The position numbers were made by a program, and so were the translations under genes. Below the pieces are notes generated by a model. That model did not search any database, was not told where the DNA came from, and saw only the letters and a list, made by a program, of their open reading frames with translations. A stretch of 63,763 nucleotides of DNA, the filler included, from Lenisia limosa (taxonomy: Eukaryota; Protista; Breviatea): the NCBI GenBank assembly GCA_001655205.1. It is 10 parts of 10 records of this genome, joined end to end, with 100 filler letters (N's around TTAATTAATTAA, not from the genome) between each part and the next. Parts side by side here need not be neighbours in the genome. Positions count along the whole stretch, not along the records: positions 37,286 to 45,180 come from LPNZ01002727.1; positions 45,281 to 51,253 come from LPNZ01004969.1; positions 51,354 to 55,741 come from LPNZ01002188.1; 7 more parts are not named here. One strand, given 5' to 3'. Every line of letters starts with the position of its first letter. Within the stretch, counting starts at the first letter, position 1. Of the stretch, positions 40,301-51,643 are shown one piece after another.

Positions 40301-42522
40301 AACCACCCAGAAACCCTATTTCCCTTCTGTTTTTGAAAGTAATCTAAATCTTAATCAAATAATGAAACCCCAATTTAACATATTATCGGGTCAAACCCAA
40401 ATTAAGTCCCTAAGCTCTCTATTTACGGTCCCAACAAGCAAAACCGTTATAAAAGGCCACATTCAAGGAATAAAGAGCAGTGCTATTTTTAGCATTTTTT
40501 TCCTCAAAATTCACCATTACATAGCCAAAGCAAATGGGAACCCGGAACCAATTACTCCGAGGGGTACAAATTTTTGTTTCTTAACACTAAAAGAGGGTAA
40601 GATTCAGAAAAAAATCCTGTGAAAAGGCAAAAGGGGGACCCGGGAGACCAAATTCATGGATTTTTGATATTTGCTCAAAATTGAAAAAAACAAGTTAGGG
40701 AACATTAGGAGGTCCATTTCTCTATGTATCTGTCGAAGCATTTTTCAAAAAACACTAGCAATGGCCTATACAAGCTGTCAACTTCAAGCTGTCCGGGAGT
40801 TTTGAATGATGTCCGGAGCTTTGAGGACCCACGTATATATTTTTAAAAATCTCTTGGCGATGGAGGTTCTCAAATAAATCAACAAAGTCAGGAAAAACAG
40901 CACAACTTATTCCTTTCTCGTTAACAACCTATTATAGATATGGGGTGTACTGAAGCGTGCATGCACCACGGATACTGTGAAGACGATCGCTGTATTTGTT
41001 TCCATGGCTTCACCGGGGATGACTGCCTTGATAGTTTGCGGGATGGGAATGATTTCTAGTTCTAATTCTCCTCTCTTTACAATTGAATTGTAAATTGCCA
41101 AGTAGACATCCGCAAACAAAAAAAATTGTCTTTTAAAAAAAACAACTACTTCATTGAAGAGGTTGTTTTCATTAATATAAACGATTGGGTCAATTATTAT
41201 AATACTGTTATCGAATATGCGAGATGTTGACGACTTCTGCCAGATACTGACTTGTTTTTTTCTCATCTCTAATATATCAATAAAAACAATCATGTAGATA
41301 GATATCACACACTTGGTTTTCACTTCGGTTCGAGAAATACCTGTATTTTATCGATAGTTAATTCGAGGATTTATCGAGAATTCAGTCTTTTTTTTTTGAA
41401 CCAAAGTGAAGCCCGAGTTTATACAATTCTGAATGCGATATATTGCATGTTTTAATGATTCCAGGGGTGTGTACGGCCTCAACCACCTGTCACGGGCGGG
41501 GGAACTGTCTTTCGGATGGAACGTGTAGTTGCAACTTCCTTTTCACTGGCCATGACTGTTCACAATGTATGGGAGGTAGTTAGTCTCTTGGGCTAAAAGC
41601 AGGCCGCTAAATGACTAAAGATAGTTTAATATCCGTGTGAGTAATCATCGTAGACAGTGTATTATCTCTCCCAATAACACCAACCTATCTGTCCATATAT
41701 CCCCCCTAATATGGTTGACTGATTTTTTTTTAAAAAAATATGTATTGAATCAAAGACAAGAGAAAAGATGGAATATTAAGACCACACAAAATACACACTA
41801 CCTCCTTTTTAGGACTCCGTGCAATTAATGTTTTGAGGAAATTAATTGACAAAATTAGTAATTACAGTGTCTGAAATGGGGTTCTGGTTACACTATGTCT
41901 CACTTCAAATTTTGCAGTTATGTTTTTAATAATTGCATGGAGCCCTCATCCTCTTGTTGCTCAAAAACTAATTCACCAGTCCACAAGCTGAGGGTGCTGA
42001 CGATTGTCTTATCGTTTCTATTTATTAGCCTGAGTCTCCTCATATTTGGGGGGCGCTGGGCAGCCATGGACAAAGCCTACCTTAAGAAGGTGAGAATTGG
42101 TTCTTCTTCTTTTTTTTTTCTGGTTTTTTATTCTGGTTTATCTCTCTTCTTTTTGTTTTCCCCCCTTTTTTTTACCCCGATACCTTCAGAAGTTGTTTTA
42201 AGTGTCACTTTTTTTTTGTTGTTACATTATTTGTGTGAGTTTTACCTTCTTTTTGTTTTATTTGTTGAGACTTTTTTTTTGTCTTTTTTTTTTACAATTT
42301 TTCGTTTCTCCGAGATCCAACAAGAAAACTANNNNNNNNNNNNNNNNNNNNNNNNNNNNNNNNNNNNNNNNNNNNNNNNNNNNNNNNNNNNNNNNNNNNN
42401 NNNNNNNNNNNNNNNNNNNNNNNNNNNNNNNNNNNNNNNNNNNNNNNNNNNNNNNNGAAGATAAAAATGGAAACACGTGATGCAATAGCTGATGTTATTA
42501 ATGCGATTGCAAAGCTGCTAAG
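37400..42522 (+). CDS. Kelch-repeat + two EGF-like domains + transmembrane helix (attractin/MEGF8-like architecture), partial
   Basis: Kelch motifs MYILGG, KLLLVGG, PPRMGHIAQCTPQGVIVIGG, LLFIFGG..SDLW. EGF domains CTEACMHHGYCEDDRCICFHGFTGDDC and CTASTTCHGRGNCLSDGTCSCNFLFTGHDC. TM segment LRVLTIVLSFLFISLSLLIFGG. Exons are phase-consistent. Confidence 0.8.
39744..39885 (+). mobile_element. Repeat family C (acceptor-associated element), most complete copy
   Basis: TGCAGAAGCGACTGGCTGGGCTTTGTTT...AACCCTCGTGTGTTGTCAGTCAACAGAGTTGATTTTTGGC(T)nGTTTCATAAATTGTCCAATTTTA(C)nAG. More than 10 related copies are present (see findings). Confidence 0.85.
40231..40824. mobile_element. ~600-bp MITE with ~35-bp TIRs
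   Basis: TCAAAGCTCCGGACATCATTCAAAATTCCCGGACAG at the left is inverted at ~40790-40824. The interior matches 31073-31244, and the terminus motif (ATATGTGGGTCCTCAAAGCTC) recurs at ~44178 and ~63443. Confidence 0.8.
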
Positions 42523-44199
42523 GTATCTCAGTCATGTCCATCTTAACGAAACTACATGGGATTTCTCACTAAACTAGAAAACTCGCATTTCAATACTACT
42601 CAAAAATAAAATTAACGTATAATAATACCAGCCATCGACGAGTTGGTTGAAAGCTTATGGAGTGGACTATGAAGTATAAAGATTGTCAGCAGCACATACA
42701 GTAGTAATCATTGGTTAACAACTTACTTCCATGGTGAACGTGACGTGTTGAAGCGGATCTCAAGTACAGCAGTTATAATGGCAGATGTAGAGGCAATCGT
42801 TATCTATCGCTAACCAAAGTGGATTAAAGAGTAACTGAAGAAGGGTGACGTTCACACCAAGTGTGGTATTTAATGAGACTGATTTAAGGGCTTTCAGTGT
42901 GCAAGAATTTGATAAGCATAATATTGTGAAGAAATAATTGATGTTTATTGTTCAAATGAGGGATTTCTTTGACGACAAGTCCAACGGGATTGTAGTTGGC
43001 GTACATTAGGGGAATCAATAACTCAGTAACAGTCCCAGCAACAGCAGGTTCTTGGTATGTGTCAGAGAGAACCTTAGAATTCTTTAAAATTCTCTTGTGC
43101 ATTTGGCCAGTTTCGGACCTGGAACTTGGTAGATGCAGAATCTTTGATACCAATGTCGGCACCTTTCTATAAATAGCCGACACGACTTCAAAATCCTCAA
43201 ATAATTACAACCGAACAAACATGGTGCTCTCGACGCTGTCTATCCTGAAATGTCACCACTAAGCTATGGTTTGACACTCTCCACTTGACACTGTATATCA
43301 AATAATCATGAGTGGTGACATGGTTGGAAGCGAGTAGGAAGTAATTTTTTTAAGCAGTCACCCCAAAAATGAAAATATTAACACATTCACTTTTTTGTTG
43401 TTGGAACGGGTAGTTTTCTTTTGTTCCTTGACCCAACCTTTGTTTTGAATGATTTGATTCTGCCTTAACAAAGGCGCTTCTGACTTTTCAATTCACCTCT
43501 TCAACAGAGGTACTTATTTTGTTTTATTAACAAGCTGATCTCCATTTAAACTTTCAATCTCTCAACGGCTGTTTTTACAAGAGCTTCACTTTCGGTTCTA
43601 GAATACATGATTATCGTTATTTATCGAGCATTTATCGAGAATCCAGTCTGGTTTTGCAACCAAAAGTGAACCCCACTGTTTTCCTCATCTTTCAGTTGGA
43701 AGAAGCAGACGTCATGCATTTCACCTCGATCCTCGGTCAAACACAACAGAACGAGAGAACGCCACTTCTTGCCCACTAAATGATACTATGGATTATGTGA
43801 TATCTGGTTGATTTTGTTTTCACTACGGCGCATTAACTTGGGATTCATATGTAATAGTAGGGATATCCATTACTCACATGGGAAATCCGAATCAACTAAT
43901 GTCTGATTAGAATCAAAAATATATTTGTATAACATATTAGAAATTGAAATGGAATAGTATTTCGTCAATTACTGGAATGGAGGTTGAGGAATGGGAATGT
44001 TCAAAAGCTAATTAATGAATATTGTAGTTGATTATGATATCGAGGGCAACCTGCCACCAGTTTGTCTCATAATAAAAAAATTGAGGACAGGAACAAAAAT
44101 TATGAAGACAGGCCGTCCCCATAAAAAATGCAATATAACATATAGTATATTGTTTTTTAACAATTCATAAAAAACAATATATGTGGGTCCTCAAAGCTC

Positions 44200-44612
44200 G
44201 GGAGGTCCCGCGTTTTGGAGGCACCAACGACAGTGTTGATCTTATGATTGGTGGCATGCACAAGTGGGAAGCCGACACCGCCAGCTTCAGCCTTGTAGCC
44301 TCCGCCGTCCTTGGCGATGTGACCAGTATATTGCGGTTAAGTGGCGCCAACCGGCATGAGCCTCTTCCCCGCCACCAAGAATCGACATTGCCAGGTCAGC
44401 CGCGTTGGCCCTCCCGCCGTCCGCCTTCTCAAGAACGTTGTCCAGTCGTCGCTGGTCGACGACATCGACGTTGCTATGTATCTGCGCAAGGCTGGCGACG
44501 CCGTAGGCTGCAACAGCATTGCCGGCTGGATGACGATCACGTTGTCGCAAGTCGGCGGCGACAGCCTTGGCTGGGATCTCCTCCGCTATCCACTGCTCCA
44601 CCTGACACCAGT
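44200..44612 (+). pseudogene. GC-rich coding-like segment with a frame switch near 44325-44340; unknown product
   Basis: GC3-rich codons in one frame (FGGTNDSVDLMIGGMHKWEADTASF...GDVT) then another (SLFPATKNRHCQ...SSLVDDIDVAMYLRKAG...LLHLTP|gtatgt). No plausible intron bridges them. Confidence 0.35.
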
Positions 44613-45479
44613 ATGTTCAGTTTCTTCTGCATAATCTCAGAGCTTTAACTTCAACCTCTCTAGGCGAGTAGGGGGAGGGGTAGTTACGCTCTTTCTTTCT
44701 TTCGTTGAATGTACTATATGTCTAAATTTATACAAGACGATTATTTAAAAGGTTTGACAATGAAATGGACGAGCTTGCGAGAGTATGAACGGCAGGTTGA
44801 GACTTTTCTTTTTAGTATTGGCTTCCTAAGGTTGGTGGTTGGTGGTGGTTGTTAGTGGAGGTAAATGATTTTTTTTTTAAAAAAACTGAAGTACGGCCCT
44901 CTGATCAAAATAGCATATATACATTATACATTACATAAGAATTCCTCATTCAAAAAGACCCCGATCCCCCCGATCCCCTCTAATGCTGCGATAATGTGCT
45001 GAAGTCGCTGGAATGCATGGAATACGACGAAGACATTGCTGACGTCATGTTATCTGATGACGTTATTTAAGCATATGATATGATAATACCATCTCTCCAA
45101 TCATTGCTGATTAGTTTCAAAAATTGTGGGTTTGAAACAGTTGAACTGGTTTTTGTCCCACCAGCTGAGTTGAATTCCTCNNNNNNNNNNNNNNNNNNNN
45201 NNNNNNNNNNNNNNNNNNNNNNNNTTAATTAATTAANNNNNNNNNNNNNNNNNNNNNNNNNNNNNNNNNNNNNNNNNNNNTTGAAATTTATATAATATAT
45301 ATGTAATGTACTGTTATATAAAAATCCACAATTAACTTCATTGGCAGCAGAGGGTTAAGAATAACATAACAAACAAGGTGAAATTCGTGTAACTAAAAGT
45401 GAAACCGGGGAACAAACCAGTTAACCTGGTGTACAACAGTAAATCGTGCTGGTTTGGATGGAAGCTCACAAATCAATTA

Positions 45480-47557
45480 AATGCCACCACTCTCCCACCC
45501 ACCAATATTGTTTTGATGCGCGCTTTGGTACAAAGTACCCAGGCCATAGTATCCACAAGGGTGGTCTGGGGCAACCCTGACACATTCTCTGTAGGTTTCT
45601 GCAGCCTGGGGGGGGGGGNNNNNNNNNNNNNNNNNNNNNNNNNNNNNNNNNNNNNNNNNNNNNNNNNNNNNNNNNNNNNNNNNNNNNNNNNNNNNNNNNN
45701 NNNNNNNNNNNNNNNNNNNNNNNNNNNNNNNNNNNNNNNNNNNNNNNNNNNNNNNNNNNNNNNNNNNNNNNNNNNNNNNNNNNNNNNNNNNNNNNNNNNN
45801 NNNNNNNNNNNNNNNNNNNNNNNNNNNNNNNNNNNNNNNNNNNNNNNNNNNNNNNNNNNNNNNNNNNNNGTACTAATCATGAACTCATTTTTAGTTGGTA
45901 CGCAATTATCAGGGAGCATGCGATCTTCCTCGCCCCGAGGGCTTCACCGTTCGTTTCATTCTCTTTAGACTCATATTGAGGCCCTTAACAAGGCTGCTGA
46001 CGGCATGTGGACTGCTGGTGCCTACCCCTCTCTTGAAGGTAAATGTGGCCTTTGCTCATCGACCAATTGCTCAATCTTTTGAATATTTTCTCGTGCAGCG
46101 TCATCCCCTTACTATATTAGGAATGGTCCGCCCCGCTGGCATGCCCTCCGCCCTCCCCACCGATCACGGCATGGCTTCTCAGACTGGAGGTAAGAGGAGT
46201 GTTAATGAGAAATCCTGTTGCTACTGTCATTCTAGCCATTGGAGTTGCNNNNNNNNNNNNNNNNNNNNNNNNNNNNNNNNNNNNNNNNNNNNNNNNNNNN
46301 NNNNNNNNNNNNNNNNNNNNNNNNNNNNNNNNNNNNNNNNNNNNNNNNNNNNNNNNNNNNNNNNNNNNNNNNNNNNNNNNNNNNNNNNNNNNNNNNNNNN
46401 NNNNNNNNNNNNNNNNNNNNNNNNNNNNNNNNNNNNNNNNNNNNNNNNNNNNNNNNNNNNNNNNNNNNNNNNNNNNNNNNNNNNNNNNNNNNNNNNNNNN
46501 NNNNNNNNNNNNNNNNNNNNNNNNNCTACTCAAGGATGCGAAGGAGGGTATGTGGGAAACACTGACATTTAGCCCGCTCTGGTCTGCAAACTGACCTCCC
46601 CAGATTCACCTACCTTGTTCGCAAGTTCTTCTTTGACTTCGGCGGAGTTGACGAGTCTGTGTACCCCTACAAGGCCATGGATATTGCAAGGACATCGGCA
46701 GCGCCCGTCTGAGGGATAGAGAACTCTACATTGAGAGCTTTTGTTTACGAGTGTTGTTTCGCCAATGTGGATAGGTATCTTCCCGTCACTCCTTTTTATT
46801 TCGTTTTGATCATATTTGCCCAGAGCGTTACTTTGTTTCGGACTACCAATATGTCGGAGGCCACTATGGTGCCTGCTCTGAGGACCGCATGATTGCCGAG
46901 CTGATCGAGCGCGGCCCAATTGGTGGGGGGGGGTCATCTCTAATACGAATCATCCCTCACATCGTGCTCTGATAATCCTAATTCCACAGGTGTGGACTTT
47001 GAAGTGACTCGCAACTTCATGCAGTACCACGGCGGTATCTACGTCGAGCCCGAGTCCGTCACCGGACCCAGCCATGAGTACTTTGAGGTGTGTGATCTGG
47101 GGCATTAGAGAGACATGTGCACCTCTTGGATTCTGATTTGCTCAGGAAACCAACCACGCTGTTCTTCTTGTTGGCTACGGCGTTGACGAAGAGACAGGCA
47201 TGAAGTATTGGGTATGATGTCGGATATTGCATATTATTGGGTGATGTCGGATGCTCAAATCTTGCTTGGTATACAGTGTTCGTTTTTTTTGATAAACATT
47301 GAAATTGTTCCCATAATACCTCCACAGATTGTCCAGAACTCCTGGGGAGAGGACTGGGGAGAAAGCGGCTACTTCCGCATTCGTCGTGGTACTGATGAGC
47401 TTGGTATTGAGGTGGGGGGGGGGGCAAGATCTACCGGTGTACGCTATTTGACGTTTTTCATGGCTTTGGCCAGTGTCTTATTATTGACAACCGGTTGAAA
47501 AGCATCACACACTGATTTTTTTAGTCCTCAGCCGCCTACTTTATCCCAATTGTCTAA
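45480..47557 (+). CDS. CTSC: Cathepsin C (dipeptidyl peptidase I)-like papain-family C1A protease
   Basis: TQGCEGG|[22 protein letters not shown]...[32 protein letters not shown]|GVDFEV...|[22 protein letters not shown]|[28 protein letters not shown]|[10 protein letters not shown]. Catalytic His and Asn are visible; the catalytic Cys exon probably lies in gap 46249-46525. Confidence 0.85.
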
Positions 47558-47829
47558 ACCTTCTGAAATGCAGGTTTATTCCGCTAATGAGGGGAATTAT
47601 TAAAATTCTGCAATATTATCAAATATCTAGGAGCATAAATGTAGTCATATGCACTTCGGTTCGAAAAAGACCTCAAATATAGGTAGGTTCGAGGATTTAT
47701 CATGAAATTCAGTTTTTCCCCCCACTTTGTGGAAATCTCCGTCAACAATTGAGGAATTGGCAACACCTTTCAACGTTTGCAGGTGCTTTGACCCCAGTTT
47801 CTAGAAGGTCAGGATTGAATACAATGTCA

Positions 47830-47994
47830 AATCATTCCAGGGATAACAACCCAAAACCAATTCATTCCAGGGATAACAACCCAAAACCAATTCATTCCAG
47901 GGATAACAGGGGGAAATCAATCACCGAAATAACAATAACAACATGCATGCAACAACAAAATAGGGATAACAACATGCATGCAACAACAAAATAG
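47830..47994. repeat. Short tandem repeats (CATTCCAGGGATAACAACCCAAAACCAATT x~3; GGGATAACAACATGCATGCAACAACAAAATA x~2)
   Basis: Units are read directly from the sequence, just downstream of the cathepsin gene. Confidence 0.85.
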
Positions 47995-48174
47995 NNNNNN
48001 NNNNAGTCCTCAGCCGCCTACTTTGTCCCAATTGTCTAAACCTTCTGAAATGCAGGTTTATTCCGCTATATTATCAAATATCTAGGATTGGACGGAAACG
48101 GTCTATTTTCCGTTTGGTCTACTTCAACCATTAAAACAAAACGTGTGCTAGACCTTTCATGAGCATAAATGTAG

Positions 48175-49950
48175 TCATATGCGTTCTTCTTCACTTGGTG
48201 ATGTTATCCAAATGGTGCTGCAGAGCTTCCTGCATGGTCAGACATGCGATGATTAAAATGAACACGGGAAGAGACCTATCCTCCATCGCACCTCAACACC
48301 AGCGGACGAAACCATCGCGATTGGCTCATTATAAGATGACAATGACGACCCGTAGTCCATTCGCGTTATCTGAGTCGTCAAATACCAAGCTGCACGATGC
48401 AAGGAAATTTGGGTCAAATTGGACAGCAAACAATAAATAAAAGAAGATAAAGTTTACCATACCAAATTCTGGGCAATGGAAAACTTCATTATTCGAAGCT
48501 GGCCTGGTACACTGAAAGTCAGATGTTAAAAACATCATGTCAAGGGAGAATAGAACTTCCTAGTCAGGATTCCCTCCCGCCCCTCCCCACTAGTCAGGAT
48601 TCGGCTTCAATACCCAGGCTCTATGAATGACATGGGTCTCGGATTGCGATGTGGGATTGTCAACCAAAGATCGCTGGCCTGTTTCATTGGCATCCTGTGC
48701 CTGGAGGAGGAGGGGGTGATGGAATTAGAACAAAAGAAACAACAAGACATCCACTGCCCTTAAGGACCACTATCATAGTATGATACTCAAAAACAAAACT
48801 TGAATCACAGCTTTCTCCTGTACCATTGACTGTAACAGCATACCTCCGCCTTAATGGGGCTCGCTATCAAAATAACGGCTGGCGTGGCCTGGCCGTTCTT
48901 ATCTGTCCAGTATCTAGTGAATGAACTTTCATGAATAATTATATATTTTTAAGAAAAGCCAAAATAGAGTGAAACAGATTATAGAAGTTATACGAGAAAA
49001 AAATGCTCATTACAAACCACCAGAAAAAGACAACACCCACTGAGATATAGCGGCTGCGGCAGAGAGCTCTCGATACGTCGGGTGCCCCCATGGTCGCGGC
49101 AACCAGCTATAAATCCCAATATTTTTGAGTCCCTATAATGTAAAATGGATTATCTCCGGTATGAAAATCGAAAGGGATGTTGGAATTAATGAGGACGAAA
49201 TTTTATCTTGATTCTTGTGGGGGATACCCCTAAAAAGGTATTTACTGGGATATTGACCCAAAAAAGGTGTGACTGATGTGAACATCTTTCTTTAACCCTG
49301 CCTGGGGAAACACCAGACATCGCCTCACTTCTAGGGTCATTTGGTCGTCTTTGGCTTCAAATTCTTGGACTCGCGGTAAGTCACATCGATCAGTTTCATA
49401 AAACGCTGTCATTTCTGTTCGTTGTCAAAAAAATATAACATGAGGGTTCATGACGTTGAATATCTCTAAATAAATATTCACTGTTAAATATTCGTACATT
49501 TCATTTTTGGACCAAACGTCTTTTTAGGTATGATACTTAGTTCATAACCCAACACACCAACAGACATCATACTCTTTATAATTGTTTCCAACAAACCGAT
49601 TGTGTTCTTTGCCCGGTCTTCTTGGGCACCGTCAGTAATGTGAGTGTTAACTTGTCGTAAACTGTGTCCATAGATGTACCCAACCTTGAAGATTAGCTTC
49701 CTGCAACAACAAAAAAAAAAAAAAAAAAAAAAAANNNNNNNNNNNNNNNNNNNNNNNNNNNNNNNNNNNNNNNNNNNNNNNNNNNNNNNNNNNNNNNNNN
49801 NNNNNNNNNNNNNNNNNNNNNNNNNNNNNNNNNNNNNNNNNNNNNNNNNNCATTCCCACTAATGACCACATCATATGTCTCAATCATCGTGAAAAACAAT
49901 TGGGAGACGAGAGTTGATGTGCAACTCCTCCTTCTTCCCGTCCACTCTGA
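48175..49950 (-). CDS. Multi-exon gene, unknown function
   Basis: Phase-consistent chain KLIFKVGYIYG...NTI|EMTAFYETDRCDLPRVQEFEAKDDQMTLE|LVAATMG...|NGQATPAVILIASPIKAE|AQDANE...RAW|CTRP...CPEF|AWYLTTQITRMDY|GKLCSTIWITSPSEEERI*. Confidence 0.5.
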
Positions 49951-50056
49951 TTTTACTGGTGGTGATTAAGTTTGTCGTTGCTGCTGCTGCTTGTTTTAGA
50001 GGAGGAGAGGGAGACAAGGAGAGAGGCAGGGTGAAAAGGTAAGAGGACGGTGCGGG

Positions 50057-50068
50057 GACTATAAAAAG
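50057..50068 (+). promoter_or_regulatory. Possible TATA box (CTATAAAAAG) in the divergent promoter upstream of CCDC77
   Basis: The motif lies about 150 bp upstream of the CCDC77 ATG, in a short intergenic region; the call is positional only. Confidence 0.3.
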
Positions 50069-50212
50069 AGGAATCCATTTTCTGATTTCTGGCGTCTTTT
50101 GGCTAGCGTATCAACAGTATATAAAAACCAAACACAGAATCTTAAGAGCTATCATCATTTTAGGCATTCATTTTAGAGGTTTTTCTCGAATACTCCTCTA
50201 AATTGCCGCAAA

Positions 50213-51081
50213 ATGGGTGATATACGAGATGAAATGGACACTTTGCCAGTATCTAGCGAGCTGCTGAGTTATTATCGTCATCGCATAGGTATTGTAATTC
50301 GCTTCCCCTTCTCTTAGCTTGTTTTAGACTCCTTTGAACAAGAAAGAGAAGATTTGCTTTGTAGATTACAAGACGTTGAGGTTTCTCGAGCTGTAAGTAA
50401 TCTCCAACCGATACGTTGTGTAACTGATTTTCAGGAATTCCACGAACAGGAATGGACCCTCTTGAAAAGGGATGAAGAAGTCTTTGAGCTCAAACAAGCA
50501 CTTTCTGAACTCCAGGTTGGGTGGTGCTGTCTGTGATCCAGAATAAAACACTGCAGTTGAGATATTACTTTCATTCTGTTTCACCGTTTTAGGTATTCTT
50601 ATTCGAGGAGCGTGAACAGGCACTTGCTTTACACGCAGAAAATGATGACTTGAGAAGTAGGATAAAGTCCTCTTCTCTTTGTGTTGCTACTCTTGCTCTT
50701 TTTTTTTTTTTGTTTTTTTTTTGATGTTGAGTTGAGGATTGCGCAATACAATCTCTCTGATCAAAATAATTACCAGAACGTTTGGCATCACTAACGCATT
50801 AGTCCAAGAAATGGAAGATCGACGTCGAATTCAGCACCTCCTTGCAATTGCTGCGGTAAGAACCATCAAATAGGGAAGGGGAGACTCATATCCAGTTGTT
50901 GTTTTTTTGTTTGATGTTTTTATAAAAGATGTTCTTTTTTTATATATAAACAAAACACAGACAATTCTTACACAATCAGCCGCAGCATCAGGAGGTGACG
51001 TACTTTAAGGAGTCGCGACCCGACTATCTGATCACAAATCCTGCCCATTATTCCGAATCGGCACACGGGTCAAATAAAAGC
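50213..51081 (+). CDS. CCDC77: Coiled-coil domain-containing protein 77 homologue, N-terminal part
   Basis: LPVSSELLSYYRHRI|DSFEQEREDLL...ELKQALSELQ|VFLFEEREQALALHAENDDLR|IQEMEDRRRIQHLLA matches the conserved CCDC77 N-terminus. The gene is truncated by the contig end. Confidence 0.85.
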
Positions 51082-51643
51082 GTAAATGTAAGCACTAAAA
51101 CGTTCAGCTCCATTGTGTTCCTCCACATTTGTCCTTGAGGTGGAATAACAAAATTATTTTGTCTGATTCTGGATAATAGTTGTGTTATTATAGAACCATC
51201 TGGATGATGGTTTTGATATTATCCTGTTTTAAACCGTTTGTGTCTACTTCCATNNNNNNNNNNNNNNNNNNNNNNNNNNNNNNNNNNNNNNNNNNNNTTA
51301 ATTAATTAANNNNNNNNNNNNNNNNNNNNNNNNNNNNNNNNNNNNNNNNNNNNGTAAGGCAAATGATTGGGTGAATTGCTAACATATAGATATAGTTTAT
51401 TAACACCGTCCAAAAGAATACGCAACTTAGAAAAAGCAATTTCAAGACACCCCCCTCCCCCTCCTACAGATTGCTCTGATTTCACAGCACCTGAGCTGTC
51501 TTTTACTCTGTACCGTCAGAAAAATGGGGATACACATTGTATGTATGATGCAGAAAAAGAGGATGGTTGCTTTTCAGAGAATATATGAGTTTCTCAAAAA
51601 ACCAAAAAAAAAAAATCTAAAAATATCTTTTTTCTCCAAGCCA

